A DNA stretch of 58,200 nucleotides from Octopus bimaculoides (Eukaryota): positions 13,700,246-13,758,445 of the forward strand of contig NC_068984.1 of the NCBI RefSeq assembly GCF_001194135.2, read 5' to 3'. Under the pieces are notes generated by a model, which was not told where the DNA came from, searched no databases, and saw nothing but the letters and a program-made list of their open reading frames with translations. Below are positions 37,872-51,984 of this stretch, piece by piece. Positions within the stretch are counted from its first letter, which is position 1, and every line of letters begins with the position of its first letter. The position numbers were made by a program, and so were the translations under genes.

Positions 37872-38837
37872 GCACACACACACACGAACGCATTTGTTCA
37901 TCTGTATATCTCTCAAAGTTTCCCTGCATATATGTGTCTGCATCCAGTATGTATTCTATTTTCCTCTCGGTCTTCTCAATTTTTATTGATTTTTCGATTG
38001 AGCAAACACCTTTCCACACATTTGCCTCTCTCTCCACCACAATCTCTATTTCCGCATCTCTCGCTCTCCCCCTTGTTCTATCTCTTTACTTTTCATCTCT
38101 CGGACGTTTTTCTCTCTGTCTATATCTCTATCTCTTTATTCAACTCCTCCTTCTTATTTTGTCTCACTCTATCATTTTATATCCTCTCCATCGTTCATCA
38201 ATTCATCTATTATCCACTACCACTTCATGCTGGCTGTTGTATCTACATAATTTTATATAGTTATCTCGCTGTCAGTTCTTCAACGTCCTCTTTAAATTCA
38301 TTTCTTACAACCATCTCACACCTCCCTTCGTCTCTCCATTTATTCATTTCTTCCCATCATTTTCCCGTTTCATCAGCGTAACGCACAAGCTTTTGCATGT
38401 GCAGCCAGGCTCATCATTTGAATGATTACCATTGTCAATACACCCTTTATTACCATCAATACTACAATCGCAATAACCATCATACAATCACTGCCCCATT
38501 TCCATCGTGCTCGTAACCACAGCCACCAACCAACTACACAGATACGACACAAACACTGCCGCCAACAATGCTAAAGCAACCACAGCTATCATCACCAAGC
38601 TTTCATTAAAAGCATCGCCGCCATCACCTCTACGAACACTGAACACTTCCACATATTCCGTTATGAAGAGAAGTACAGGTATCACAGCCATTACAATACA
38701 ATCACAACAGTAGCAGCATAACCACCATAAGCTCTAAATATTATCATCTTTGGCAATTACACAGCCAGTATCTCTACAATGAATAACTGTGCCGTCATCA
38801 TCAGGAAAGCTATCCCTACAAATAGCAATCTGGAGAC

Positions 38838-38958
38838 GGAGAGAGAAAGAGAGGGAGAAAAGAAAGAAAGATACAGAGAGAAAGAGAGGGAGAAAGAAAG
38901 AAAGATACAGAGAGAAAGAGAGGGAGAAAGAAAGAAAGATACAGAGAGAAAGAGAGAG
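38838..38958 (+). repeat. 34-bp purine-rich tandem repeat, about 3.5 copies
   Basis: Unit agagagaaagagagggagaaagaaagaaagatac. Confidence 0.85.
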
Positions 38959-39018
38959 TGTAGTATTTATTAATCAGTAATACAATCCAGACCATTATCA
39001 TTATCGCCATTATAGTGC

Positions 39019-39106
<88 letters not shown>

Positions 39107-39502
39107 CGACGGTCTTAACGGCAATACAAGGAACGACCAGCGTTGTAATTACGCAACTATNNNNNNNNNNNNNNNNNNNNNNNNNNNNNNNNNNNNNNNN
39201 NNNNNNNNNNNNNNNNNNNNNNNNNNNNNNNNNNNNNNNNNNNNNNNNNNNNNNNNNNNNNNNNNNNNNNNNNNNNNNNNNNNNNNNNNNNNNNNNNNNN
39301 NNNNNNNNNNNNNNNNNNNNNNNNNNNNNNNNNNNNNNNNNNNNNNNNNNNNNNNNNNNNNNNNNNNNNNNNNNNNNNNNNNNNNNNNNNNNNNNNNNNN
39401 NNNNNNNNNNNNNNNNNNNNNNNNNNNNNNNNNNNNNNNNNNNNNNNNNNNNNNNNNNNNNNNNNNNNNNNNNNNNNNNNNNNNNNNNNNNNNNNNNNNN
39501 NN

Positions 39503-39839
39503 ATCATCATCGTCTTCATCATCACCATCACCACCATAACCTTCATCATCATCATCGTCATCATTATCATGATTCTGATCACCATCATCATCGTCTTCAT
39601 CATCACCATCATCATCATCATCTTTGTCATCATCATCATCGTCATCATCGTCATCATCGTCATCATCATCATCGTCATAATCATCCTCATCATTATCATC
39701 ATCGTCATCATCACCATCACCACCATCATCTTCATCATCATCATCATCGTCATCATTATTATCATTATCATCACCATCATCATCGTCGCGGCCGTTGTCG
39801 TCATCATCATCATCATTGTCACCATCACCATGGCCTTCA

Positions 39840-39871
<32 letters not shown>

Positions 39872-40110
39872 TCCATCGTTATCATCATCATCACTATCAG
39901 CATCTCCATCATCATTTCCATGGCTATCACCACCGCAGTCGTCATCATCATCATCAACATTTCCATCGCTACTGTCAGCGTTGTTCATAATATCTTCATC
40001 ATCACCGTCGTCATTTCCATCGTCATCATCATCATCATCATCATCATCACCATCCTCAATCCCATCGTAGTAGCAGCGTCGTTGGTGTCGGTGTCGTTCT
40101 CGCCGTGACC
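39503..40110 (+). repeat. Long degenerate (ATC/GTC/ACC)n trinucleotide tract
   Basis: About 600 bp of catcatcatcgtcat..., flanked by (ATT)n at 39019-39106 and (TAC)n(TAA)n at 40409-40576. Confidence 0.95.
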
Positions 40111-40434
40111 ACCATCATCAAAAATCACCGATATTTCGTCTCGTTGTTCTCTGTTTAAGTTACAGATGCTTGGATTAGAATTTTTAATTGCGTCCTTTTC
40201 ATCAATGTTTATCTTTTAAGGAAGCTGCCTGCAGTGAAGGCCATCCGATAGAAGACAATCTTTTTGCTGTTTCTGTTGTTGTTGTTGTTGTTGCTTCTAT
40301 GAACTGTTCTAAAAACAACCACCACCCACAACATCCCTCAATATCATCAAAGCTACCGTTGTAAACATCAACACAACCATTTTAAGGAAAACATCAGCAA
40401 CTTATGTAACTACTACTACTACTACTACTACTAC

Positions 40435-40536
<102 letters not shown>

Positions 40537-42537
40537 CACCACGACTACCACCACCAGCACCACTACTACTACTACTNNNNNNNNNNNNNNNNNNNNNNNN
40601 NNNNNNNNNNNNNNNNNNNNNNNNNNNNNNNNNNNNNNNNNNNNNNNNNNNNNNNNNNNNNNNNNNNNNNNNNNNNNNNNNNNNNNNNNNNNNNNNNNNN
40701 NNNNNNNNNNNNNNNNNNNNNNNNNNNNNNNNNNNNNNNNNNNNNNNNNNNNNNNNNNNNNNNNNNNNNNNNNNNNNNNNNNNNNNNNNNNNNNNNNNNN
40801 NNNNNNNNNNNNNNNNNNNNNNNNNNNNNNNNNNNNNNNNNNNNNNNNNNNNNNNNNNNNNNNNNNNNNNNNNNNNNNNNNNNNNNNNNNNNNNNNNNNN
40901 NNNNNNNNNNNNNNNNNNNNNNNNNNNNNNNNNNNNNNNNNNNNNNNNNNNNNNNNNNNNNNNNNNNNNNNNNNNNNNNNNNNNNNNNNNNNNNNNNNNN
41001 NNNNNNNNNNNNNNNNNNNNNNNNNNNNNNNNNNNNNNNNNNNNNNNNNNNNNNNNNNNNNNNNNNNNNNNNNNNNNNNNNNNNNNNNNNNNNNNNNNNN
41101 NNNNNNNNNNNNNNNNNNNNNNNNNNNNNNNNNNNNNNNNNNNNNNNNNNNNNNNNNNNNNNNNNNNNNNNNNNNNNNNNNNNNNNNNNNNNNNNNNNNN
41201 NNNNNNNNNNNNNATATATATATATATAAGCGCAACTGTCTGAAATAGTCGTGAATTCTGGAACTTGACTGATGAAAGAAAGTCAAGAATAACCCTTCTT
41301 TTTTTGCCTGTCCTTCTAATTAAACACATCTCAACATCCTAGCTGTCTTCAATAGACAATATTATTCATTGGTAGGAGTACAGTTACACTCATGCGCCGA
41401 GTGTTTAGTGCGTTTGTTCAGCGATAACGATTTTATTGGTGGTTTTTATGATGCTGATTGTGGTTGTTGCAGTCGCAGTTGTGAAGATGGCATTTGGGAT
41501 GAGAGCCGTTGTGGCTAAAATTACAACGATGGTACTGGAGACCAGAGAAGAAAACAATAGCATCATGATGAGAGTAGTAGTAGTGATGGTGTTAGTGGTG
41601 GTAATGGTGGTGGTTGAGTGGGGCGTAGTCAACATTTAGATGAAAGACTAGACATAAATCATCCGATAACGGTATTAGAATCAAAGTTTGCTGCCACACC
41701 AAAGATACAAAAATTCCTCTGATATTACTGGACAAACAACTTTAACGTGTAAACGACTTCCTTCCGATTAAACCGAAATATTCTTTAGAACTTTTCGTTG
41801 CAGTGAAATTATCGGTATATTGTGTAACTTTATTTCACAACCTCACAATTTCGTCAAATTTTAAAGAAAATCTGGTCTTTAGAAGGCAAATTCAAAACAA
41901 ATAAACAGCTAGACCAATTTGTTATAAGCGCAATAAACCCTCTTTTGTATAAGTCTATATCCTTTGGGTAGTGGAGGAAAGTCAGGGTGATTTCTGACGG
42001 TGAATGTTGAGCAAGAAATACTTACCTAAACTATTCTCCAGATTGTGGGGTCAGGGAAATCTTATTGCGTTTTAAGTTTTTTTTTTCGCCTTGGAAATAG
42101 TAGCGAAAATCAGACAAAATACGTGAGAATGGGAGGGAGACATGGAAAAGGAAATCACACACAAACACGTGCGCATATGCGCATGAGCGGGTCTTTATAG
42201 ATATGTATATACATATCAGTACCCTAGTAATTAATTAGTAATATTGAGCAATATCGTATATACGTACAATGGGCTTCCACACCGCGTCTTAAAATGCGGA
42301 GTAGATAAAACAGCTGACAACTGATGAAGGGTCGTTCTTTATGTTACTTGTCTTGTTTCATATTTATTTCTTTCGTTGTTCGCAAATGAAAGTTCGTATT
42401 ACAAGTTTTCCTATTTCATGTTGTTTACGGTCTATGACATCGTGTACCCATATATGCATATGTACATATATGTACGTATATATGCATATATACATATATA
42501 CATATATTATTTATATTGAATATATATATGTGTCTGT

Positions 42538-42830
42538 AGAGGCGCGATGGAACAGTGGTTAGGGCAGCGGACTCGCGGTCATAGGATCGCGGTTTCGATT
42601 CCCAGACCGGGCGTGTTTATTGAGCGAGAACACCTAAAGCACCACGAGGCTCCGGTAGGGGATGGTGGTGAACCCTGCTGTACTCTTTCAGCACAACTTT
42701 ATCTCACTCTTACTTCCTGTCTCTGTTGTGCCTGTAAATCAAAGTGTCAGCCTTGTCACACTGTGTCACGCAGCATATCCCCGAGAAGTACGTTAAGGGT
42801 ACACGTGTCTGTGGAGTGCTCAGCCACTTA
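42538..42830 (+). mobile_element. tRNA-derived SINE sharing the family C 3' domain
   Basis: gaggcgcgatggaacagtggttagggcagcggactcgcggtcataggatcgcggtttcgattccc (A and B boxes); 3' cagccttgtcacactgtgtcacg...aagggtacacgtgtctgtggagtgctcagccact shared with 36549. Confidence 0.85.
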
Positions 42831-43166
42831 TATGGAAAAACTATAAACGGCAAATTTTAGCCATTTTCCCGCAGACTGAAAAAAAGATACGATGAACGAC
42901 CTTAACCGATTTTTGGACCTTAAAGTGTTCTTATCAGAGTCATCTACATCATTCTGTCAGTATACATTAAAGCACGCCGCCAAACTGTTTATATACTCAC
43001 TGAATACAGCAGTCAGTCTGTGAAGGAATCCCTAATTTGCATACGGAAAGTGCTTAATACTATAAATACGAGCGGCCTCTCAGCGGGGTTTTTAGTCCAC
43101 TCAGTATAAAGGTATGATATGATATATATATATATATATACATGTACACACACACAGACACACCCA

Positions 43167-43213
<47 letters not shown>

Positions 43214-43583
43214 TACTAACGATGGAGAGAACGCAGTGTTAATTTCTGGACCGGCTGTTGGGCTGTGCTCTTGAGCAAAACACTACGCACGTTGCCCTCC
43301 ATCACTTCAACATCTCTGGCGCATGGTACATACTGTCCTATTCCTGCAACGCTGACTGGACGGAAAGCGTAATCTATTACACATCACATATATCAGATCG
43401 TTATATACATAAAACCTGTACAGGTCGTTCAGCAGAAACTGTACTCTCAAAGGCCGTCTTCGACGGGAGAGTCCATCGTATATATATATATATATATGCG
43501 ATATATCAGTCTTGATATCCGGCTTTATTATAACTTCCAACTCCCTCATGTCACGTACAAATATACATCCGCACGCTCCTCTA

Positions 43584-43614
<31 letters not shown>

Positions 43615-43619
<5 letters not shown>

Positions 43620-43900
43620 CTTTACTACCCACAAGGGGTTACACACAGAGGGGACAAACAAAGACAGACAAAGGAATTAAATCGGTTATATCGACCCCAG
43701 TGCGTAATTAGTACTTATTTAATCGACCCCGAAATGATGAAAGGCAAAGTCGACCTCGGCGGAATTTGAACTCAGAACGTAGCGGCAGACGAAATACCGC
43801 NNNNNNNNNNGGCGGAATTTGAACTCAGAACGTAGCGGCAGACGAAATACCGCTAAGCATTTCGCCCGGTGTGCTAACGTTTCTGCCAACTCACCGCCTT
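43615..43900 (-). mobile_element. SINE family A spanning a 10-N gap
   Basis: Reverse complement of 3224-3457; the segment flanking the gap is duplicated (assembly overlap). Confidence 0.9.
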
Positions 43901-44204
43901 GTGTGTGTATCTGTGTATGTATGTATGTGTATCTGTACATTCATTTGTCTTCACCAATGTGACCATTCTCCTTACGTATACAAACTCTACCGAGTACCAC
44001 AAAGTCTAGGAATATGTTTTAATAGCGTGTTTTTTTTTAGTTACTCCCTGAATCTCCTTAAATTTCTTATTCAACGAGTTGTTTGCAGGATAAAAGTTTA
44101 GTTGAATAACGAATTATCTTTACATTTTGCCTTAATAAATGAAAAGGAATTGCAGAAAATTTACATATCGTTTAAACGAAGATTTCGATTTTCTTGAAGG
44201 AATC

Positions 44205-44600
44205 TTGGAGCTTGAGGCAGTTCAGCGATGTTACACCAGAAGACTGCATCAACGAAATAGCTGAGCAACTGGGAGAGACTGAAAGGGCTACGACTCAACT
44301 CCCTGTAACGAAGACGGAAAAGCTATGCAGTGATATTTGTATGGAAGGTCCTGGAGGGGCTGGTACCAAATTTTGGAATCGAGAGCTATACCAGACCCCA
44401 AACTGTACGTCACTGCACTATTCCAAAGGTGTAGAGTGAAGACCATGTACTGTAACAGCTTGGATTTCAAGGGTCCACAGCTATTTAACGCCTTACCAAA
44501 ACATCTGAGAGTAATATTTATGGAATAGGGGTTGATGCTTTCAAGAAACAACTTTGATCTCTTGCTATCCAAGGCAGGAGACTCAAAAGAGGGCAGAAGT
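44205..44600 (+). pseudogene. CR1/L2-like LINE, C-terminal ORF2 remnant
   Basis: Frameshifted translation LRLNSL*RRRKSYAVIFVWKVLEGLVPNFGIESYT...YCNSLDFKGPQLFNALPKHLR..., matching the LxSLxxRR...WKxLxG...GPxLFNxLP motifs. Confidence 0.8.
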
Positions 44601-45804
44601 GTCAAACTCCCTCTTTCACCAGAAGTCAATCACGTGGAACTGGCCATTAATTGGGTAATTACACTGGAGGTGCCAAACATGGCCACATCCTTAGGGCTGA
44701 AACATGTAAAAGAATATAAGAATAAGCTATTTCCCTCATAATGGAACATTAAAATGGTAAATTTTTCAATGATTATACAGCATTCCATGCCCTAGATATT
44801 TTAACCGGGTAAACTCTTGGATAAAGGGATGGCATAGCATTTCTAAATAACTATGGGCGTTAAAGATCTGTCCTTTTAGTTAAAATGACCCAGTGATACG
44901 ATGTTTTCCTAATCCACCTTAGAAGAATTACCTTCATGCTCATCTACTTCCCAAGGCTTTTGAATCCACTATATGTCTTAGTTATTCTTGTTGAAGTTAC
45001 CAGTAATGCGAAATGCTTCTTCCTCTGAAAACATCAAATTAGGAAAACAAAAAAGTAAAAAGAGAAAAAATCATGTCTTCGCCAAGTTTTCGTAAAATTG
45101 ATGACAAAAAGTTAATCGTGCGTAATAATCCTTTTCATGCAGCATTTGATGCACTTGATTTTTATAAGCTTTCATGTGAAGTTTCGATCGGAGAATTTTA
45201 CGCACCGTTAATTCTAAAAGACTCAGCTCCAAGGATCCAAGGAAGCCCGTTATTTTGATTTACGTGAACTTTCGAAAAAGGGATCGTCGTACGGATGCTA
45301 CAATTTTTCTTCGTTAATGATTCACGGTACCAGATTCTTTGAACTCCTTCATCTAGTTAGTTAGTGAATTCCTGAAAAGTACATCAATATTGCAACGGAT
45401 TCTAAATCTTCTTTTACCAACGTTGGCAGATTTTAACTCAGCTGACCAAAGAAAGTAGTTTCATCTTTCATCATCTAATAGCTTCAAATTCAAAATTTCA
45501 TAAAAATTATTAACTGCTTAGAATTCAGTAAATCATTAAAATAAATATAATAAAATGCTGGCAGAAGGATTGTTTTATACAAAATAAACTCATTGTATAC
45601 AGAACTTAAATCAAAGAAGCATAAGGATATTATGACCCTACAAAAACACCCATCGCCTGTATGTACATGATAATGTGTATGTGCATGTGAGTGTATACAT
45701 GAATAAGGAACCTCTGTGCATTCACACGCATATATGCATACATATATGTATGTATCTATGTATATATATGCATATGTATATATGTATATGTATATATATT
45801 GGGG

Positions 45805-45990
45805 TATTTGGGGATGGTCATGTTGCCAGTTTAGCTAATGCAATTACATGCACTATATATTTGGTGTTCACTTGCTTCAGCTTTATTTTATATTAATTGT
45901 ATTTCGGCCAGAGTTCTTTCGTCACACTTGTGTGATCTCATCAGTGGTCCTTTGCGGTCTTCTTTCGTTTTTGTGTGAATCTCTTTACTA
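45805..45990 (-). mobile_element. Second copy of the 12450 HHR-bearing repeat; HHR at 45906-45950
   Basis: Minus strand: ggacca|CTGATGA|gatcaca-caag-tgtgac|GAAA|gaac|TC|tggcc. Confidence 0.8.
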
Positions 45991-46014
45991 ATGATCACGA
46001 TTTAAAAAAGAAAT

Positions 46015-46392
46015 TTACTTGTTTCAGTCATTTGACTGCGGTCATGCTGGAGCATAACTTTGATTTCTGTTTTTAGGCGAATGAATTGACTTTAGTGCTT
46101 ATTTTTAAAGCCTGGTACTTATTCTCTCAGTCTCTTATGCCGAACTGCTAGTTTACGGGACGTAAACACATGAACATCGGTTGCCAAGAGATGATAGGGA
46201 CACAAAGACATATACAAACATAGATATATATAGATATATAACAGGCTTCTTTCAGTTTCCGTCTACCAAATCACCCACAAGTCGTTGGTCGGCCCGAGGC
46301 TATAGTAGAAGACACTAGCCGAAATTGTTACGCAGTAGGACTGAACCCAGAACTATGTGGTTGTGAAGCATGCTTCTTACTACACAGCTACC
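46015..46392 (-). mobile_element. SINE family B, full length
   Basis: Reverse complement of the 46678 copy. Confidence 0.9.
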
Positions 46393-46677
46393 TTTGTGCC
46401 ACCCCTGAGTTGAAAATTTCCTATGCATTTTGAAGAGGTTTAACATCTAAAACGTACATCAAATGATATAACTTAAATGACATCATCTGATAGAAATATA
46501 CTTCGATAAAAGTAACTAATAATATCGAAACATGTCTGTTCCATTCTCCTATCGTACATCATCTAAAATGGCATCGAAATTTCTACGTATGCTTACAATC
46601 AGGTATGAAAGTTGTAAGGACGCTGTTAAGGAAGAGGGTTAATCATAGGTAGTATTTTGTAAGTTTGTGTATGCAGG

Positions 46678-46901
46678 TGGCGCAGGAGCGGCTGTGTGGT
46701 AAGTAGCGTGCCTACCAACCACTTGGTTCGGAATTCAGTCCCACTGCGTGGCAACTTGGACAAGTGTCTTCTACTGTAGCCTCGGGTCGACCAAAGACCT
46801 GTGAGTGGATTTGGTAGATGGAAACTGAAAGAAGCCCTTGATATATATATATATATGTGTGCGTGTGTGTGTGTGTGTGTGCGTGTGTGCGTGTGTGTAT
46901 G

Positions 46902-46939
<38 letters not shown>

Positions 46940-47105
46940 TCCTTTCCGCAATCACTTGACAACCGACGTTCGTTTGTTTGTTCGGTAAAAGAGACCGATA
47001 GAATAAGTACTGGGCTTACAAAGAATAAATCATGGGGTCGATTTGTTCGACTAAAGGCAATGCTCCAGCATGGCCGCAGGCAACTGACTGAAACACATAA
47101 AAGAG
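46678..47105 (+). mobile_element. SINE family B, full length, with long internal (TA)n(TG)n
   Basis: Head, internal microsatellite and tail are all present. Confidence 0.9.
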
Positions 47106-47862
47106 TAGAAGAATGTAGAAAGTTTATTGAATAAAAAGGGTGGTGGTTGTAGCTTGGTTTCGGCCACTATGAATTCAAACAGTATAAGGTTCAGCCACAG
47201 AATTTCTCTCTTGCTGTGTGGGTTAGACTGATTGCTAAAAAAAAAAAAAACTATTCATACTTGTTTGAAAATTTAATTCTATTGTAAGGAATCGCTATAG
47301 GTATAGTATATTGATTGGACTGTTGTGTGGTGTATGTTTGGAGAGAGAACGTGGCGAAAATAAACTAAAGTCAAAAGAGATAATGTTCTCTCGTTTTAGG
47401 ATACTACAATGTATGTTAGGATGGGGGGAAATGATTTGTAGACAAGATATTTTTTATAGAATTTATTACGATTAACGGTTTATTTACGAGTCGGGTTGAG
47501 GTTGTGTGGGCAGGGCTTTTGACTAATTGTTGTGTGAGGGGACAATCAGGGTGAGTTAATGCCACGATAGGTACATTAGTATGCATGAAGGTGTTGTTTA
47601 TCTGAAGGAAAAGCAAAACATGTTAGTTGAGATTTGTTGTGGAAAACAATTACAGACATATGAAAATATATACGTGAATACACACTATGGGATATATATA
47701 CACACAGTTGTACACACACAAGAAAGAGAAAGAAAGCGAAAAGTATGCGCAAGGATATAAAACAAACTGATATATACATACATATAACTACATGTATATA
47801 TATGCGTATGTGTCTGCGCGTTTTAGTGTATATATAAATATATATACATATACATACATACA

Positions 47863-47926
<64 letters not shown>

Positions 47927-48704
47927 GCGCAATTATATATGAAATTCTTCGAAACTTGGGAATATGACATTTGACTCCTACTTAATTAATTATGATTACC
48001 TTAACTTTATCAAACAAATGTATTATTATCGATTATTCAACCACAAACATAGTGCAATGTTTACTGACGTGACTATTAATGCGTTCACGATATAAGTGCG
48101 CCCCCTTAAGGAATAAGCTAACAATCCTATATATCACGTCACACAACTCACTACAACAAATTCTAGAAACTACACAGGCAAATTAAAATATTAAAAATAC
48201 ATTGGGAAAAAAAAAAGCGAAAAAGATATATATCATTTATATGAACATTTTATATCATTTTGCAGAAAAAAATATAGAAATATAAAATATCATTTTTGGA
48301 AATGTTTAAAGGTAGAAAGTATTCGACAGTGAAATTTTAAATTCTGCTTTGACACTTTCCTCTCCTGCATTTTTAGTGAAATCTGTAAGGTGAAAATAGT
48401 GAAGCTATAAGGGAAAAAAATGTTATGTGTAGTGGTGTAGTGTGTAAATAATTGCTATGAAGCATCGTTGAACTCTGTCCTTCATAGACACGAAATCCAA
48501 ATGCACTTCAACGAAATATAACATCTATCACACTTAACCGAGTTGTGAACAAGTTTTTACGCGAATTTCTCGTAATAGAAAAAATGGAGAGGTAAATTAT
48601 AACGACTTTGAAAAATGTCGGTATATCACGACAATTGTGGTACACCTCGAGCGGTTCTCAACGGGAGGTATGGAATAAGAAAGAAAGACAGAAATAAATA
48701 AATA

Positions 48705-48742
<38 letters not shown>

Positions 48743-49329
48743 ACGTACACTGAACCGGCAATAAAAATGGTCGCTTTTCGAAATGATATCGAGCGTAATT
48801 TTATAAATCTAGGTGAGGGTGGTATATGTGTTGTGCTTATGTATTTAATATATTCGAATGGTCTATATGTTCTCTATATATTCATAAACGGATGGTTCCC
48901 CACACTCTCGCACTCCTAACCACTTTCTCTCTTCATTGATACTCCCTCCACGCACACCCTTACCCCACCCTAACCCCATATCCCCACACGCCCCCACAGC
49001 GCATCACACCACCCCCACACCAATACACATGCACTCTAGCACTGACAACTTCCCAGCACCTACCCAGACACCATCATCTGCACAAGCACACACCATCATC
49101 CGGACACTAGTCAAATACACTAGCCCCTATCCAAACGCACACATACACCTACACATTAGCACATACATATACACGCACGTGAACCTTCGTGTTGGGATTA
49201 CTAATACTTTATTATCTCCCTTCCTTTCTACCTCTCCTGTCAAACCTTTTTTCCCAACCAATCGCCATAATTGATCGCTAAATCCACAAGTTTTTTTTAA
49301 TATATTCTCTCTTTGTTTACTTTCTTTTA

Positions 49330-49412
49330 TTCCTTTCTGTTGAAGAGCATAAGCACGAAACGTAAAATACTTTCTCACTTTCCTGAGCGTCAAACTAATA
49401 CATCTGCTTGTT
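49330..49412 (+). mobile_element. Short HHR-bearing repeat, 'CTGTTGA' family, truncated copy
   Basis: cttt|CTGTTGA|a|gagc-ataa-gcac|GAAA|cg|TA|aaat followed by ...ctgagcgtcaaactaat. Confidence 0.7.
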
Positions 49413-49620
49413 GGACTCAGAATATTAGTATTCTTATTTGTACTTCGGTTGAAGTAATCGACTAAACCATGTCACCTCAAAATTGCAGTCGCTGTACTTT
49501 TCCTCTCTTTCTCTCTCCCTTCTACGAACAACTAATGAGCAGTATGAGCAATAATGACTTCCGCCAAGGGAAAGGCTTTCCTTATATACTTCTCTATCAC
49601 TCATTCTCTTTCTGTTAATT

Positions 49621-49901
49621 TGTTGTAAAGAGGCTTCCTCCCACTGGTGTGAACTGTATTTGCTGTTTTACGCTACTAGCCACAATAATTATTAGTAATC
49701 AGATACTTTTGTATCTCTTCGTACCGGTATAGTAATACACTAACTTATTCTGTCTTACTATCACTGATAGTGTCACAAGACTCCGACTGGAACTGTCGAC
49801 TCTCTTCTCTTCGACTCTCGACCCTCCCTTGACGACCGGATGCTGGTCTATTTATAATGGTTGTTTGTACCGGGAGGGTTATACAGTTTCACTGTACAAC
49901 A
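49621..49901 (-). mobile_element. Probable solo LTR (about 281 bp)
   Basis: Ends TGTTGTA...TACAACA (7-bp inverted termini, TG..CA); TATAAATA on the minus strand at 49849-49856; flanks taatt/caagt match only 3/5 as a TSD. Confidence 0.55.
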
Positions 49902-50570
49902 CAAGTAAATGATGATTTAATGTTATTGCAATTAATAGTACCTTAGATCTTCAGTTACGTTGCACTGAAGTGATCCAACCACATAGAAAAAGTAACAATT
50001 CACCAATACTAAGGGCTTTATAGTATAGATGAAATGAGATAAAAATAAATGCATCAAGATAATATATTTTATTCTCTTTTCCTTCACTAAAGAAAACTAT
50101 AGCATATTTTCCTGGCAAACCAATTCTCTTCTTGCGTAAAGAAATGGAGTTAAAATATAATATAATCTACACGCACACTCACACACACACACACACGCGC
50201 ACACACACACATGCACTCACAGACACATGCACACACACATACATACACATATCATTTACAGATACTTTTATGGAACCTGAATTATATGTTTAAATATGCA
50301 TTAGTGTTTCAAATATAAATCAAGGATAGTTATGTTTTAGTATTTCACTGAAAATAATCCTATAATGTATTTTCAGCCATTTTCATTAAATATTTTCAAC
50401 ATTAAATATTTTCGTACATCATATACCAAAATGTAAGTTGTTAAAAGTGTCCATAATTGTGTATAGTACTTATAGTGCATTTCAAAATAAACGTGATATA
50501 ATATCCACCATAAATCTAATGTTATTTATTTGCTATCTTTACTGACAATGATGCCTGCTCAGGTGCCTGT

Positions 50571-50653
<83 letters not shown>

Positions 50654-51984
50654 CGTGCGTGCGTGTTGATGGAGGTAGTGGTGTGGTTATTTCAAAATAA
50701 ACGATTCTACGCATCACTTGAAAACACAAATTCAAAGTCAATGGTGCATGAGTACTTCTAAAAGGAACAGATTCGTAGGAGTTAGTAACCTGGCTTTCAG
50801 TTGATAAAAACACAAGATAGAGTGACTGAAGGTTTACACTTGAAACGGACTTATATAATTCAAATAGCTGCTGTATCATCATAACATGCAAATATATGTT
50901 GAAAATAGAGATCTTCTGCGTTTAGGATCTAAGCAATAGTTTTATATTTAAATTATGCTTTCTTTATAGCTATGAATTCCGTAAAAAAACCCTAATATTT
51001 CATTCCAAATTGATGTGATTAATATCTCCCTAAAATCTATCATCCTTAGAATTTGACAGAAATAGTCTTTGCAGTTCCTTTATGAGCATTTAGTTAAATC
51101 GTAGAAACTAGAGGCGGAGTAATATATCATTAAACGTATTGAGATAATGGCTTTCTGCGATAGTCTATAGTCAAATTCGCTCCAGCATTTCTCTCATTAG
51201 ATCAATAATAATAAATATACATCACAATGTAAAAGAAACGAGCTGGAGGCTTTAATCTCATAGTCAATTTCCACCGCCCTCTCAAATAATTATTAGTGGA
51301 TAACATTATACTAATATAATATTCTTAATTTTAATGACCTTTCATATAAAACACTTTTATAATTCTCTGTAAAACATGCTTATTCCGCATCATTTCATTT
51401 TATATTAAAACTTTTCCCTGGAGGAAAATAGCAAAATGAGGTACTTTCTCTGATCTTATTCTGCCTAATTAAGAGGTTAACATTGGAAAACAATTCAAGA
51501 AATTATTTAATTTTCAAATGATTACTATCACGCCAACAAAAAGAAATAACAAAAATTGTATTTATCTAATATAAAACATTAAATTCGATTTAATTTCGAT
51601 TTGGTCTCATCAACTAAGTCACTCTGAAAACAACTTCAAATAGAGAGGTGCATACTAAATCTCTCTGAACAATAGCAAAATTGGAATTACTACATCCTTT
51701 CAATATAGGAATAAAACACATATCCTTCCATGCCCACACATACGTTCATCTCATAACGTATTATAAAACTGTCATATACATGGCGTTAAAAACTCTGCCA
51801 TTCAAAGATGGGTTTCCTGTTCAGTGTCAGATTATGTTATCTGATAAATTATTGTTGATTGATTATATATTCGCATTTTTTATTTTTGATGTTGCTGTTT
51901 AATCCCAAGACATAATAGAATGAATTCCATCTGTTCTCCACGTGTATTTTCTTGTCTGGCAGAGAAGTAGATAATCCTTCTCTA

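Noticed and set aside
39149-40108. Poly-Asp / poly-Met / poly-Ile / poly-Ser ORFs
   Set aside because: All frames of an (ATC)n tract are open; there is no splice or domain evidence, and it adjoins a gap.
42315-42345. CTGATGA after cagctgacaa as another hammerhead
   Set aside because: No closing stem II or properly spaced GAAA-N-UH could be found.
42538-42612. tRNA gene
   Set aside because: It has A/B boxes but no proper acceptor stem and continues into a SINE body shared with 36549; it is a SINE head.
43750-43852. Apparent internal duplication in a SINE
   Set aside because: Same 10-N gap overlap artefact.
45073-45450. Possible Tc1/Tc3 N-terminal HTH remnant (FEKGIVVRML)
   Set aside because: The similarity is limited to a few residues among many stops, too weak to call without a profile search.
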